IMG/VR virus record: IMGVR_UViG_3300020419_001305
Coordinates: 1-64,000 of that record
DNA length: 64,000 nt
From: a virus
Direction: 5' to 3' (one strand)
Part shown: one piece after another, positions 18,574 through 28,178 of the stretch
How positions within the stretch are numbered: position 1 is the first letter of the stretch
Layout of the letters: each line of letters starts with the position of its first letter
Made by a program: the position numbers and the translations under genes
The notes under the pieces: model-generated
The model's database searches: none
Seen by the model: only the letters and a program-made list of their open reading frames with translations
What the model was told of the DNA's origin: nothing

Positions 18574-19257
18574 ATGATTTGGGATAGGCTGGTTGAATGC
18601 CAGGACCAAATCATTAAACTGTTCGATCATCACGGAACTGAGATAAATGAACCAGGAATGGATCATTTTAATCAACCAGATAGCGGATGGATTAACAGAG
18701 TCTGGGCGAACGACGATATCAGAAGAGCTCATATAGACGTAGTAGATGCTAGAGGTTCAAAAGGCCTTTGGATGATGCACGTCTGTGTATTTCCTCAACT
18801 TAACAACAATGGACCAATTTATGGCTTTGATGTTATATCAGGAAAAAGTAAAATGACAGGAGCCTTTCATGATTTTTCAGCAAGTTCAGGTGGCGAAGAT
18901 CATCCAATGGTTCAGTGGTATCAAGATGAAGTAAAAGACTTTATTCCAGAAAAACAAAGAGAACTTCCGGAATGGGCAACAAACATTTTTACTCCTAGCA
19001 TGATTGCGGCAAGTAATGTTAGAGAAGAAGAAGCATCAGTTATCATTCAAATTGCTTTAGACAATCTTTTCACATATCTTGATACCATTGGTGAACACAC
19101 TGGTGAAGGTGACAGAGATTTAACCTTAGCTAGTCAAAATTATTATTGCCATAATCAGCAACAGAATCCACATACGCCTAGAGTAATGAAATCCTTAGGA
19201 TTAAATGAAACTGACGTAGAAAAATTCTGTACTGATATGTTATTTCCAAAAAGTTAA
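18574..19257 (+). CDS. pcyX: ferredoxin-dependent bilin reductase, PcyX type
   Basis: RRAHIDVVD (D55), WMMHVC (M67/H69/C71), PIYGFD (D86), AFHDFS, LPEWA..IF, QQQNPHT. Confidence 0.88.
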   Translation: MIWDRLVECQDQIIKLFDHHGTEINEPGMDHFNQPDSGWINRVWANDDIRRAHIDVVDARGSKGLWMMHVCVFPQLNNNGPIYGFDVISGKSKMTGAFHDFSASSGGEDHPMVQWYQDEVKDFIPEKQRELPEWATNIFTPSMIAASNVREEEASVIIQIALDNLFTYLDTIGEHTGEGDRDLTLASQNYYCHNQQQNPHTPRVMKSLGLNETDVEKFCTDMLFPKS

Positions 19258-19770
19258 TTATTTAGATATCACAGGATTATTAAGAGGATTGTCCAAAGCC
19301 TTTTGAATCTTGTTGTCTAATTGAGTTTCAAGTTCATCTATCTTCTTATCTATTCTATCAAGTTTACTATCCATTCTTAATTCGAATGTATTGATAACGC
19401 CTCTGACTGTATCAGTGTTAGCCCTGTTTCTTTCGTCTTGTTTGTCCATACTATCGTGTAAGTCACCTACATCGTCTTTCATTTCTATCTTCATATCGTG
19501 TACGTCACTTTTCACATCTCCTAACATTTCCTTAAAGATACCGATTTCTTCTTTCATTAAGATATAATCTTCTTTTAGTATTGCTAGGTTTTTATCGAAT
19601 CCACTCATATCAGGAGCCACATAGGCATCTATCTTTTGTTCCATCATAAGATATCTGTTATAAAGTTCAAAGCCTCCCCAAAGTCCACCGATAATGGTAC
19701 CTATTAAAGGCAGTATGAGTAACATCTTACTACCGCCTACTTTGATACCTTTGTATTCTATTTCTGCCAT
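19258..19770 (-). CDS. membrane-anchored coiled-coil protein
   Basis: N-terminal TM, heptad region, ALDNPL end; AGGAG RBS. Confidence 0.75.
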   Translation of the reverse strand: MAEIEYKGIKVGGSKMLLILPLIGTIIGGLWGGFELYNRYLMMEQKIDAYVAPDMSGFDKNLAILKEDYILMKEEIGIFKEMLGDVKSDVHDMKIEMKDDVGDLHDSMDKQDERNRANTDTVRGVINTFELRMDSKLDRIDKKIDELETQLDNKIQKALDNPLNNPVISK

Positions 19771-19796
19771 TTGTTTCTCCTATTAAATGTAGTTAT

Positions 19797-21968
19797 TTAT
19801 TGTAAACCAAGTCCATATCCTGGTTTGTATTGCTCATTAATCATATCGTTCATCAAGTTATCCTGTGCTGAACCAAATAGGGCACCGTATGGATCGCCCA
19901 TCATTACCTGATCTCTATAAACCTGTGTATCAGAGTACCAATCTATTGCGTCTTCATTCTGTTTTTGTACGTATTTCTTAAAATTTTCTGTATCTGCTAA
20001 TGATTGCATCAAAGCAATTTTGGTTGTTTCGTTTATAGCACTATAAGTATCAGCCATAGCACTTAGGATTCTATTAGCAATCTTCTGTTTAGCCTTAGCT
20101 ATTTCAGTCTTGATTTTTTCCTTAGTCTGTTTTGTTGTTCCCTTGGACTTAGATTTCTTATCTCCTTTGCTTCCTTTTCCATCTGTCTTTTGTCCGCCAG
20201 TGTCTTCTCTCCCGGCATCATCTCCATCTGCTTCACTAGCAGACTCTGACTCTGTGCTATCTCCGGCTTCTGACTCGCTTTCTGATTCACTGGTATCTCC
20301 TCTAGAATCAGAATCTCCGTCGGCTTCTGATGAACTGTCGCTGTTATTTTCTTCCACTGACTGTTCAGCATCACTACCGGACTCTTGTATATCTTCTGAA
20401 GCCGATTCATTGCTGTTCGTATCATTTGAACTTTCGGCTTCGGAAACTTCCGCTTCCACACTGGCATTTTCTGTTGCTCCCTCTTCTACAGTATTTACTT
20501 CTACTTCAACTGTAGCTTCTGTAGTAGCTTCAACATTTACATCCATCTCAACGTTTGTTGATCCTGCGTCAGCCATTTCTATATTAGTGTCTGGCATATC
20601 AATTTCTATTTCTATTTCTCCGACTGCGTCTGCTACTGCTGAATCTATCTGCGAACCAATGTCTGCTTCTATTTCTGCTACCGCAATTTCTGGTAGTTCT
20701 GTTGGGCCTACATCTAAATCAAAGTTTAGATCTATCTCAGCAATGGTTTCTACTTGTACTATACCTGTGTCTAAGTTTGTAGAATTCATTTCAACTGTGG
20801 CTACATTAGTTGTTTCGTCTACTTCTACACTAAACTCCATTTCTATTCCACCACCTGTGTCGTCATTTACTATAGCTATTTCAAATGAATCAACGTCTGT
20901 ATAATCTATATCAATTACTCCTGTGCTTCCGTCATCTATTGTAGGATCACCTATGAACACACTTGTCAATGTATCTTCGCTTGTATTATAAACTGTTTGT
21001 TGTGTGCTTAATATTATGTTTGTTATTGTTTCTGTGATAGTTGTTATAGCATCGTATGTAAGTGTCATAAAAGGATCGCTAAACACAGGACCATAATAAC
21101 CTGAGTGGTATCCCGCATCAACTCCCCACAGTTCCATTTGTCCCCATACCTCAGTGTAACTGTTTGAAGCAATGTCTTGCGTGAATGAATGTGTTTGTGT
21201 GCCGTTGTAAGTAAGTGTTACAAATTGACTATACTCTCCTATTAGGTTAGTAGCATTTGCTCCTGCCGCCTTGTAAAGTTTTGCTGTAATTCTAAATACG
21301 TCTTTACAGTCGCCGCCGGTTGCTGAACACAAAGGCACAGTAGTATTTGATTTGTGTGATTGTACATCAACACCATAGTTTAATTGGAAGCCTGATTGTA
21401 TTTCTGCAACAGTTAAGTCTAACCCCATTTCAAATTGTTCTGACTGTATTTCGCCGCCACCTAATGCAAGGAAGTTTGAATTTTGTTCCGTTACAAGATT
21501 GTTATTATTATTAGCTTGATAACCTGTACAGGCTTCACCTGCGCCAACAGTTGAACTTGATCCACCTGTTCTACATTGGGTTTGACCTTGTAACTTTACT
21601 CTACCAGTTGAAGACCAATCCGAATCATTTATTGTAGGCAAACTATTTGTAGTTGTTGTAGACGTTAGTACAGTTGTCTGTTGTGTTGTAGTGCTTGTTG
21701 TAGCAATTTGTTCAATAACTGTTTCTGTATATTGTGTCGTGGTTGTTGTATCTTCAAAGCCACCATTGAGAGCAACTTCTGTGTTTGTAATCACAGATGT
21801 AATTGTGCTAGATGTAACAGTACCGCCGTTAGGTCCGGTATCACCTACATTATATTGTTGTGTGTATGATAGTGCTGGACTAGAGTAAGAACAACAACAA
21901 AGCACCAATACCAATACTCCAAGTAGTTGCCTTATTTTGCCATTCTTTTTCGTATGCTTCAAGATCAT
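19797..21968 (-). CDS. large secreted protein with Thr-rich beta region and very acidic linker
   Basis: signal-like VLVLVLCCCSYSSPALS; D/E/S-rich segment; true start probably downstream of 21968. Confidence 0.75.
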   Translation of the reverse strand: MILKHTKKNGKIRQLLGVLVLVLCCCSYSSPALSYTQQYNVGDTGPNGGTVTSSTITSVITNTEVALNGGFEDTTTTTQYTETVIEQIATTSTTTQQTTVLTSTTTTNSLPTINDSDWSSTGRVKLQGQTQCRTGGSSSTVGAGEACTGYQANNNNNLVTEQNSNFLALGGGEIQSEQFEMGLDLTVAEIQSGFQLNYGVDVQSHKSNTTVPLCSATGGDCKDVFRITAKLYKAAGANATNLIGEYSQFVTLTYNGTQTHSFTQDIASNSYTEVWGQMELWGVDAGYHSGYYGPVFSDPFMTLTYDAITTITETITNIILSTQQTVYNTSEDTLTSVFIGDPTIDDGSTGVIDIDYTDVDSFEIAIVNDDTGGGIEMEFSVEVDETTNVATVEMNSTNLDTGIVQVETIAEIDLNFDLDVGPTELPEIAVAEIEADIGSQIDSAVADAVGEIEIEIDMPDTNIEMADAGSTNVEMDVNVEATTEATVEVEVNTVEEGATENASVEAEVSEAESSNDTNSNESASEDIQESGSDAEQSVEENNSDSSSEADGDSDSRGDTSESESESEAGDSTESESASEADGDDAGREDTGGQKTDGKGSKGDKKSKSKGTTKQTKEKIKTEIAKAKQKIANRILSAMADTYSAINETTKIALMQSLADTENFKKYVQKQNEDAIDWYSDTQVYRDQVMMGDPYGALFGSAQDNLMNDMINEQYKPGYGLGLQ

Positions 21969-22422
21969 TTTCTTTCAACCATTTCTCATAATCAGGACGC
22001 CTCTCAGGATTTTCAGCCCAAGCCTTGGCCGCTTCGATACCAATCTTGCCTTTGTAAGGACAAGGTGTACCTGCCATTTCCATAGCTTCAAAAACTCTAG
22101 CATCTTGACATAGTAAACTGACTGCCGCTACCTTCATTCCCATACCATATAACGATCTGGATAGTTTCAGTCTTTCACAATTTAGATCTCTTATTGTTGT
22201 TCCTCCGGCAATACCTAGTACCTGTGTTTGTACTGCGGCACTGGTTCCTGTGGAACACACATCTTGATTGTTTATCATAACGTTTGGTGCCGATGCTGTT
22301 GGAGGAGTTTTATCAACCGTCGTAGTTCCTGTTACAGTTGATGTCACTGTATTAGTTTCTGCGTGTATGGCCATTGGCCAAAAGAATACGATAAATGAAA
22401 TTAGAATAAAATATTTTTTCAC
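21880..22422 (-). CDS. secreted Cys-containing protein with C-terminal TM
   Basis: signal peptide; PPTASAP, C..., CERLKLS, LLCQD, GTPCP. Confidence 0.75.
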   Translation of the reverse strand: MKKYFILISFIVFFWPMAIHAETNTVTSTVTGTTTVDKTPPTASAPNVMINNQDVCSTGTSAAVQTQVLGIAGGTTIRDLNCERLKLSRSLYGMGMKVAAVSLLCQDARVFEAMEMAGTPCPYKGKIGIEAAKAWAENPERRPDYEKWLKENDLEAYEKEWQNKATTWSIGIGALLLFLL

Positions 22423-22486
22423 GGTTTTTTTGCCCTCTTAACTTTCTTTTTATAAGCTAAATTTACTTCAATGTTATTTATCGTTT

Positions 22487-22506
22487 GGTGTAAAAATTTT
22501 TACACC
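22487..22506. promoter_or_regulatory. perfect 20-bp palindrome with TGT-N10-ACA core (putative operator)
   Basis: GGTGTAAAAATTTTTACACC between divergent promoters. Confidence 0.65.
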
Positions 22507-22542
22507 TAGTATTATACTATCGTATAATGAATAAATAAAGCT

Positions 22543-22818
22543 ATGGACCATGAAACAGATACAAATAAGCAGATGCATGTAGAAGCAGAAGAGTTCAATA
22601 AGGCGTTTGATGAGTTATGGGGTCCCATAATTATTGATACGTCTCCTGTGACGTTACCCCAAGAAATAGCAGTCCTTGAACAAAAAAGGATAAGTTTAGC
22701 ACTTGATAACAATCAGGGAAATAGGACGAAAGCGGCTGAAGAACTAGGTTTAGGTAGAACAAATTTAATAGCTAAACTGAAAAAGTACAAATTGGATGAG
22801 TACTTAGAAGCCTGTTAG
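22543..22818 (+). CDS. stand-alone Fis/NtrC-type HTH protein
   Basis: E...I..AL....GNRTKAAEELGLGRTNL..KLKKY. Confidence 0.88.
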   Translation: MDHETDTNKQMHVEAEEFNKAFDELWGPIIIDTSPVTLPQEIAVLEQKRISLALDNNQGNRTKAAEELGLGRTNLIAKLKKYKLDEYLEAC

Positions 22819-22935
22819 AGCCCTCACGCTCTGCAATTTTATTTAGCTTAGATTTCACTTTTAAGCTAGACAAATCTTTTGCCCTATTAAATACATAAAA
22901 AGCAGATATTGCTAACCCAAAAAAAGGACTTAAAG

Positions 22936-23472
22936 ATGATAGAAGGATTTAGTATTCCGAAATCCACATTTAGAACACGGGTGTTCGACGAAACTACTAT
23001 GGAATATAAGTGGCAAGATGTCACTACAGATGATTATTTCAAAGGAAAAAGAGTAGTACTCTTTAGCTTACCAGGAGCATTTACGCCTACATGTTCAACT
23101 TACCAATTACCTGGCTTTGAAGAAAATTATGATATGATTCGTAACCAAGAAATAGATGAAATTTATTGTGTATCAGTAAATGACGCATTTGTAATGAATG
23201 CTTGGGGCAAGGATCAAAAAATACAACACGTGAAAATGATACCAGATGGTTCAGGAAATTTTACGAGATTCATGGGAATGTTAATCGGAAAAAATCACTT
23301 AGGATTTGGTATGCGTAGTTGGAGATACATGGCTGTAATAAAAGACGGCATCGTTGAAAAATGGTGGCAAGAGCCAGGTATTAATAATGACGGATCAGAC
23401 GATGATCCTTATATTCAAACCACTCCAGAAAATTGTTTAGAATATCTTAAAACAAAAATTACTGGTTTTTAA
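22936..23472 (+). CDS. peroxiredoxin (Prx5/redoxin family)
   Basis: FSLPGAFTPTCS, SVNDAFVM, GMRSWRY; start at the ATG after AAGGA. Confidence 0.93.
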   Translation: MIEGFSIPKSTFRTRVFDETTMEYKWQDVTTDDYFKGKRVVLFSLPGAFTPTCSTYQLPGFEENYDMIRNQEIDEIYCVSVNDAFVMNAWGKDQKIQHVKMIPDGSGNFTRFMGMLIGKNHLGFGMRSWRYMAVIKDGIVEKWWQEPGINNDGSDDDPYIQTTPENCLEYLKTKITGF

Positions 23473-23483
23473 CAGGAGATTAA

Positions 23484-23684
23484 ATGTATAAGTTAATACT
23501 GATCGTTTCGGCTGGCCTAATCCTCTCGGCTTGTCAAACAAATTATATAACAAGCGACGGAAAAAGACTATTAGAAAATAGTGCTGTAGGTTGTGTTGCT
23601 GGTGAAATTCTATTTGGAGAATGTGCTAAAGGAGCCGCGGTAGGAGCGGGTGCTACAGTGATTTCAGATCAAAAGAAGAATTAG
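23484..23684 (+). CDS. small lipoprotein with glycine zipper
   Basis: lipobox LSAC; GAAVGAGA. Confidence 0.7.
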   Translation: MYKLILIVSAGLILSACQTNYITSDGKRLLENSAVGCVAGEILFGECAKGAAVGAGATVISDQKKN

Positions 23685-24084
23685 GTTTTACCGACAGTTG
23701 TATAAAGTCACCTAGAAAGTCAAAGTGGTTAGCTAATTTGCCAAACAGTTCTGGGTGTAATACTTCTGACACACTTTCGTAACTAGACTTACCTATTTGC
23801 GTATAATAATTTTTGTTTAATCCATAACGACTACCATAGTTGGGAAAAACTCCACGAACGAATAAACAAGTATCGCCTAAAGTCTTAGCATCATACTTGC
23901 TTTGTTCTTGTAGTGTCAAGTAGCAAATAGCAAAAGTTTTTTCAGGAACAAAGTTTGGTTTATCAATGAAAGAAGCCAATAGCATTACGATGTAAGACTC
24001 AATCTCAACAGGGAGATCGTAACCCGACTTACATTGTGTTTCTTTTACTACATTGTAAAAGGCCGAAGAGTAAGCATCTTCCAT
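23653..24084 (-). CDS. hypothetical protein
   Basis: helical protein, LGDTCLF..G.FP; ATG 5 nt after reverse TAAATA. Confidence 0.65.
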   Translation of the reverse strand: MEDAYSSAFYNVVKETQCKSGYDLPVEIESYIVMLLASFIDKPNFVPEKTFAICYLTLQEQSKYDAKTLGDTCLFVRGVFPNYGSRYGLNKNYYTQIGKSSYESVSEVLHPELFGKLANHFDFLGDFIQLSVKPNSSFDLKSL

Positions 24085-24153
24085 AAAAATATTTACCATT
24101 TTTTCTTGACAAGTAATAAAAAGTTTGTTAGTATGCAATAAATTAACAAGAAT

Positions 24154-24227
24154 AGGGGACAAGTGTTACGGTAGCACGGCTGGCTCCAACCCAGCAAGAC
24201 AGGGTTCAATTCCTTGGTCCTCTGCCA
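24154..24227 (+). tRNA. tRNA-Trp (CCA)
   Basis: cloverleaf AGGGGAC/GTCCTCT, anticodon arm GCTGG-CTCCAAC-CCAGC, TTCAATT loop, encoded CCA. Confidence 0.9.
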
Positions 24228-24249
24228 GAGTAAAGAGTAAATAGAAAGT

Positions 24250-24735
24250 ATGAAAATTTTTCAAAAAAAGATAGACGATTTTTTCAAATGGGTAAAAGGC
24301 ACTGAACTTGTAATATTGGAAGATATAGATGTTACAGAAGATCCAGTTAGACCTGAGCTTAGTCTAGAATGGCGAAAGGAATACAACCGACAAATATTTG
24401 GTTTAAAGTACGAAGACAATATTGAGGGTGTAGTCTGTGTTGCTTATACCAAAGGTGTACCACATAGTGTTAGGGAACTTGAACTCATGAGTGAAAATGC
24501 CAGTATGAAAAACGATGCTGATACAGCCGTGGCTTATACAGTTTGGTCTAGAAAACGTGGAGCAGGCAAGGAGATTATTCATAAATTATCCGAACATGCC
24601 CAAAAAAATCCAGAGCTAAAACGTATGGTGACATTATCACCCTTGACTCCTATGGCTACACATTTTCACATCAGAAATGGTGCTAAATTGATCCAACATA
24701 ACCCGGATACTCAAAATTTTGAATACAAACTGTAA
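24250..24735 (+). CDS. GNAT-like hypothetical protein
   Basis: YTVWSRKRGAG resembles an acetyl-CoA-binding loop. Confidence 0.55.
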   Translation: MKIFQKKIDDFFKWVKGTELVILEDIDVTEDPVRPELSLEWRKEYNRQIFGLKYEDNIEGVVCVAYTKGVPHSVRELELMSENASMKNDADTAVAYTVWSRKRGAGKEIIHKLSEHAQKNPELKRMVTLSPLTPMATHFHIRNGAKLIQHNPDTQNFEYKL

Positions 24736-24805
24736 ATTTGGCTGATCGGCTCAAATTATCTACAATTAAGTATAGTTTTAATGGGCAGATCTCCCACCAA
24801 AAAAG

Positions 24806-24834
24806 TTGACAAACTGATTAAATATTGTTATAAT
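24806..24834 (+). promoter_or_regulatory. sigma70-like early promoter
   Basis: TTGACA-17 nt-TATAAT perfect consensus. Confidence 0.75.
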
Positions 24835-24863
24835 TAATTACATTATTCATAGCGGAGATCAAA

Positions 24864-25349
24864 ATGCTTATTACAACTAGAGGCGGTTCAAAAACACAGA
24901 AAAAATATGTCAAAAGCATGGCAGATTTTTGCGGACAAAAGCTTCTAGGTTCGAGATTGTATCCAAAAATTGAACTTAGAATAGAACTTGTAAAAGACCT
25001 TATGAAAAAAGAAAAAATCTATGGTGATGCTATTTGGGAGGACGATGAACGTTATCCTAAAGAGTTCCATATCAGAGCAGATGCTTCGCAACCCTTAAGA
25101 CGTGTGTTAGAAACTATAGCACATGAAATGGTCCATGTCAAACAGTATGCTAAAGATGAATTACATGAATACACTATGAAAAAAGGACACAGATATAAGG
25201 GAAAATTCTTTTCAGACAAATTGGATTACTGGGACGAACCTTGGGAGATAGAAGCTCATGGTAGAGAAACTGGTTTATTTGTACGTTGGGCTGAAAAAAA
25301 CAAACTTGGTAAAAGAAAATGGACCCAAGATCCTGGAGAAGCACAATAA
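24864..25349 (+). CDS. zinc metallopeptidase-like protein
   Basis: TIAHEMVHVKQ (HExxH) plus PWEIEA. Confidence 0.8.
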   Translation: MLITTRGGSKTQKKYVKSMADFCGQKLLGSRLYPKIELRIELVKDLMKKEKIYGDAIWEDDERYPKEFHIRADASQPLRRVLETIAHEMVHVKQYAKDELHEYTMKKGHRYKGKFFSDKLDYWDEPWEIEAHGRETGLFVRWAEKNKLGKRKWTQDPGEAQ

Positions 25350-25478
25350 CAAGCATGGATATTCTTCTTGCTTTACTTCCTTTAATTGGCATATACGGAT
25401 TTATAATTTGGTTGTTATTAATGTGGAACAACGAAAAAATCTCTTGACAAATTAGCTTTTCTTTGTTATATTAGTAGT

Positions 25479-26192
25479 ATGACATTTTTAACAAAAGAGG
25501 CAACAATGACCAAGGCAATCCAAACCCAAACTGCTCTGGCTGTAGCATTTATGGCTGATAGACTTAATGAAGGCTACATTAGAGAAACAAGAAGATTCTC
25601 TGAAGACGTTCCTACACAGTTTGCTAATAAAGAAATAGTAAAATTTTATTTCACAGAATCAGATAACTTTACACCAGAAGATTTTGTAAAAGCTATTCCC
25701 ACTGATGAGGACTTTGATAACGTTGATTTAGCATTAAAACATTTCAAAAGATATACTTTGGAACTTTTAGGTAACACACTATCTGATTTTCAAAAACAAG
25801 TATTCAATTCTATTCAAGGTCCAACTGTCCATAAAGGTACACTAGGGTTAGTATCATATGTTCCTGAACTTATTCGTAGAGAATTACAAGACGCAAAATT
25901 AAAAAAAATGCTTAGAACAGAATATCGTGAAAGCATCGCATTAGGAAAGTACGGTGAAAAATGTACAGGTAACCTAAAAATTATCGATGCTCGTTGGTCT
26001 AAGAATTGGGAAAGCTATAATTATACCGCAGACTTTGGAGGCAACATAGTAAGTTTCATGAACAAAGAAAAGTTAGATATTGGACAAAGAATTAATTTTA
26101 AAGCTAAAATAAAAGCACACCAAAGAAACAAATTCTTTGACATTCCGGAAACTAGATTAAACTATATGAGAAAAATGAAAGATGCCAGATAA
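25479..26192 (+). CDS. hypothetical protein, possible C-terminal OB fold
   Basis: 237-aa ORF after a TTGACA promoter. Confidence 0.6.
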   Translation: MTFLTKEATMTKAIQTQTALAVAFMADRLNEGYIRETRRFSEDVPTQFANKEIVKFYFTESDNFTPEDFVKAIPTDEDFDNVDLALKHFKRYTLELLGNTLSDFQKQVFNSIQGPTVHKGTLGLVSYVPELIRRELQDAKLKKMLRTEYRESIALGKYGEKCTGNLKIIDARWSKNWESYNYTADFGGNIVSFMNKEKLDIGQRINFKAKIKAHQRNKFFDIPETRLNYMRKMKDAR

Positions 26193-26676
26193 CATCAAGG
26201 TAATAACAAATAATGTTATACAAAAAGATTCATGGAGACACGACTTACAAGGAAAATGGTTTGATACCTATTCTAAATTATCACACCTAGAACCAATGCT
26301 GGTTAATATACATCAACTCCAAAAAAATATTATTATAATGGAAAACTTAAAAATCAGCCACCAATTTACATATCGATCATTCTTAGACAATATGGGATCA
26401 AATGAAACTAACATTAACCAAAATTTTATATCCAATTTATTCTCTTTAATTAAAAACTTGTGTATATTCGCTGAAAAGTATAACTTTTTTCACAATGACT
26501 TAAACAATGCGAATATACTGATAGATAATAAGGGAAACATAAAACTTATAGATCCTGACTCCTTTGTCTTTATTGATAAGTTTGAGAGATATAGATGTCA
26601 ATGGAAATATACACAAATAACAAAAGAATTTTTTGATGCTTTTTTTGAAAGGAAATATCATGAGACCTATGTATGA
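26182..26676 (+). CDS. minimal protein-kinase/APH-like protein
   Basis: HNDLNNANILI...IKLID catalytic and metal-binding loops. Confidence 0.7.
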   Translation: MPDNIKVITNNVIQKDSWRHDLQGKWFDTYSKLSHLEPMLVNIHQLQKNIIIMENLKISHQFTYRSFLDNMGSNETNINQNFISNLFSLIKNLCIFAEKYNFFHNDLNNANILIDNKGNIKLIDPDSFVFIDKFERYRCQWKYTQITKEFFDAFFERKYHETYV

Positions 26677-26893
26677 TAATAAATGTATGGTAACCTGTAC
26701 AGATAACGACAAAGTGGCAGAAGCTGAAGTAGACCATTTAATTGATAAAGACAGACTTACAATCTTTCTTGCCCAAAATAAGATCCATATGAAATATAAC
26801 GGAAGTGTTTATGTTGGCAATCAGTTTGGTTATGAATTTACAACAAAAGGGCCAGTAGAATTAACAAAGATGAAAGGAAGAGGCGATGCCTAA
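26660..26893 (+). CDS. hypothetical protein
   Basis: ATG after AAGGA, coupled to clpP. Confidence 0.6.
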   Translation: MRPMYDNKCMVTCTDNDKVAEAEVDHLIDKDRLTIFLAQNKIHMKYNGSVYVGNQFGYEFTTKGPVELTKMKGRGDA

Positions 26894-27470
26894 TTTAGTA
26901 CCAGTAATTATTGAGAAAGAAGCAAGAGGAGAAAGAAGCTACGATATCTATAGTAGGCTTCTTAAGGATAGAATCATTATGTTAGACACAGATGTTAATA
27001 GCACCAGTGCCAGTTTAATTGTAGCCCAGATGTTATTCTTGGAATCAACTAACCCAGGCAAGCCTATTAATTTTTATATTAATTCGCCAGGAGGTAGTGT
27101 TACGGCAGGTATGAGTATATACGACACAATGCAATTTATTAAATCACCTATTCATACAACTGTGATGGGTATAGCGGCGAGCATGGGAAGTTTCCTAGCA
27201 ATGGCCGGTGAAAAAGGTAAAAGAGCAATTCTTCCACATGCTAGACATATGATACATCAACCAAGCGGTGGTGCGTCAGGGCAGGCAAGTGATGTAGAAA
27301 TAAGATATAAAGAATTACAATATTGGAAAGAAACACTTACAGATATCTACGTAACACACACAGGTTTAGATAGAGAAAAAGTTGCCAAAGACATGGATAG
27401 AGATTTCTTTATGAGTGCGAAAGAATCGATAGAATATAATTTAGCTGATTTTATAGCAGAGAAAAAATAA
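26886..27470 (+). CDS. clpP: ATP-dependent Clp protease proteolytic subunit
   Basis: [26 protein letters not shown] (Ser), MIHQP (His), DRD (Asp). Confidence 0.97.
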   Translation: MPNLVPVIIEKEARGERSYDIYSRLLKDRIIMLDTDVNSTSASLIVAQMLFLESTNPGKPINFYINSPGGSVTAGMSIYDTMQFIKSPIHTTVMGIAASMGSFLAMAGEKGKRAILPHARHMIHQPSGGASGQASDVEIRYKELQYWKETLTDIYVTHTGLDREKVAKDMDRDFFMSAKESIEYNLADFIAEKK

Positions 27471-27901
27471 TGAAGATAATGGTAGATTTAAATAAAATTA
27501 ACAGTGGCTTACATTGGACTACTTTGTATAGTGAAAAAATATTATTAGCTATAATAGGTATGTTAACAATGTTAGCGGCAGGAATGGATATCTATAAGAT
27601 GGTAATAGACTTAAAGGTCACTCTTGCTGATTTATTTTTACTTTTTATCTATGCTGAGATTATCGGCATGGTAGGAGCATTTTATATCAGTAACAGAATA
27701 CCTGTCACGTTACCTATTGTCATTGCCATGACGGCATTGTGTAGGCTAATTGTGTTACACAGTAAAGATGCTGATCCATGGGTGCTTATCGCAGAAGCAG
27801 GTGCTATATTAGTATTAGGCGGAGCCGCTTATATAATGAGTTACAAGGACAAATTAAGTTTAGAAAAAGAACAGTTAAGGAAACAAAATGAATCTAGTTA
27901 A
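27470..27901 (+). CDS. PsiE-family membrane protein
   Basis: four TMs; DLFLLFIYAEI, RIPV..P..IA.TAL.R. Confidence 0.8.
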   Translation: MKIMVDLNKINSGLHWTTLYSEKILLAIIGMLTMLAAGMDIYKMVIDLKVTLADLFLLFIYAEIIGMVGAFYISNRIPVTLPIVIAMTALCRLIVLHSKDADPWVLIAEAGAILVLGGAAYIMSYKDKLSLEKEQLRKQNESS

Positions 27902-28175
27902 AGAAAAAGTTGCTGAAATGAAGGGTATACCTGAAGAAAAGGAACTCGTCGAAGCATTACAAAAAGCAATATTTGAAATTACGTTTAATAAGTTGGACGG
28001 CGAAGAAAGAATTATGACATGTACGAAACTTACAGATATGATTCCAGAAGATAAAAGACCAAAGACAGATAAACCTGCTAAAGAAGGCACTATTACTGTT
28101 TGGGATATTAAAGCTGACGGATGGCGAAGTTTTCGATACGATCGTGTTACAAAGGCAGTAGCATGTGTGTTCTAA
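27888..28175 (+). CDS. WYL_2/SH3-like beta-barrel protein
   Basis: F.KLDGEER.M.CT, VWD....GWRSFR. Confidence 0.75.
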   Translation: MNLVKEKVAEMKGIPEEKELVEALQKAIFEITFNKLDGEERIMTCTKLTDMIPEDKRPKTDKPAKEGTITVWDIKADGWRSFRYDRVTKAVACVF

Positions 28176-28178
28176 AGA

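Noticed and set aside
18574-19257. Cyanophage assignment (pcyA/pebS)
   Set aside because: The residue pattern fits PcyX, the tmRNA and ferredoxin are alphaproteobacterial in type, and no photosynthesis genes are in the window
20110-20904. 264-aa plus-strand Ser-rich ORF
   Set aside because: Antisense shadow of the acidic low-complexity part of the 723-aa gene
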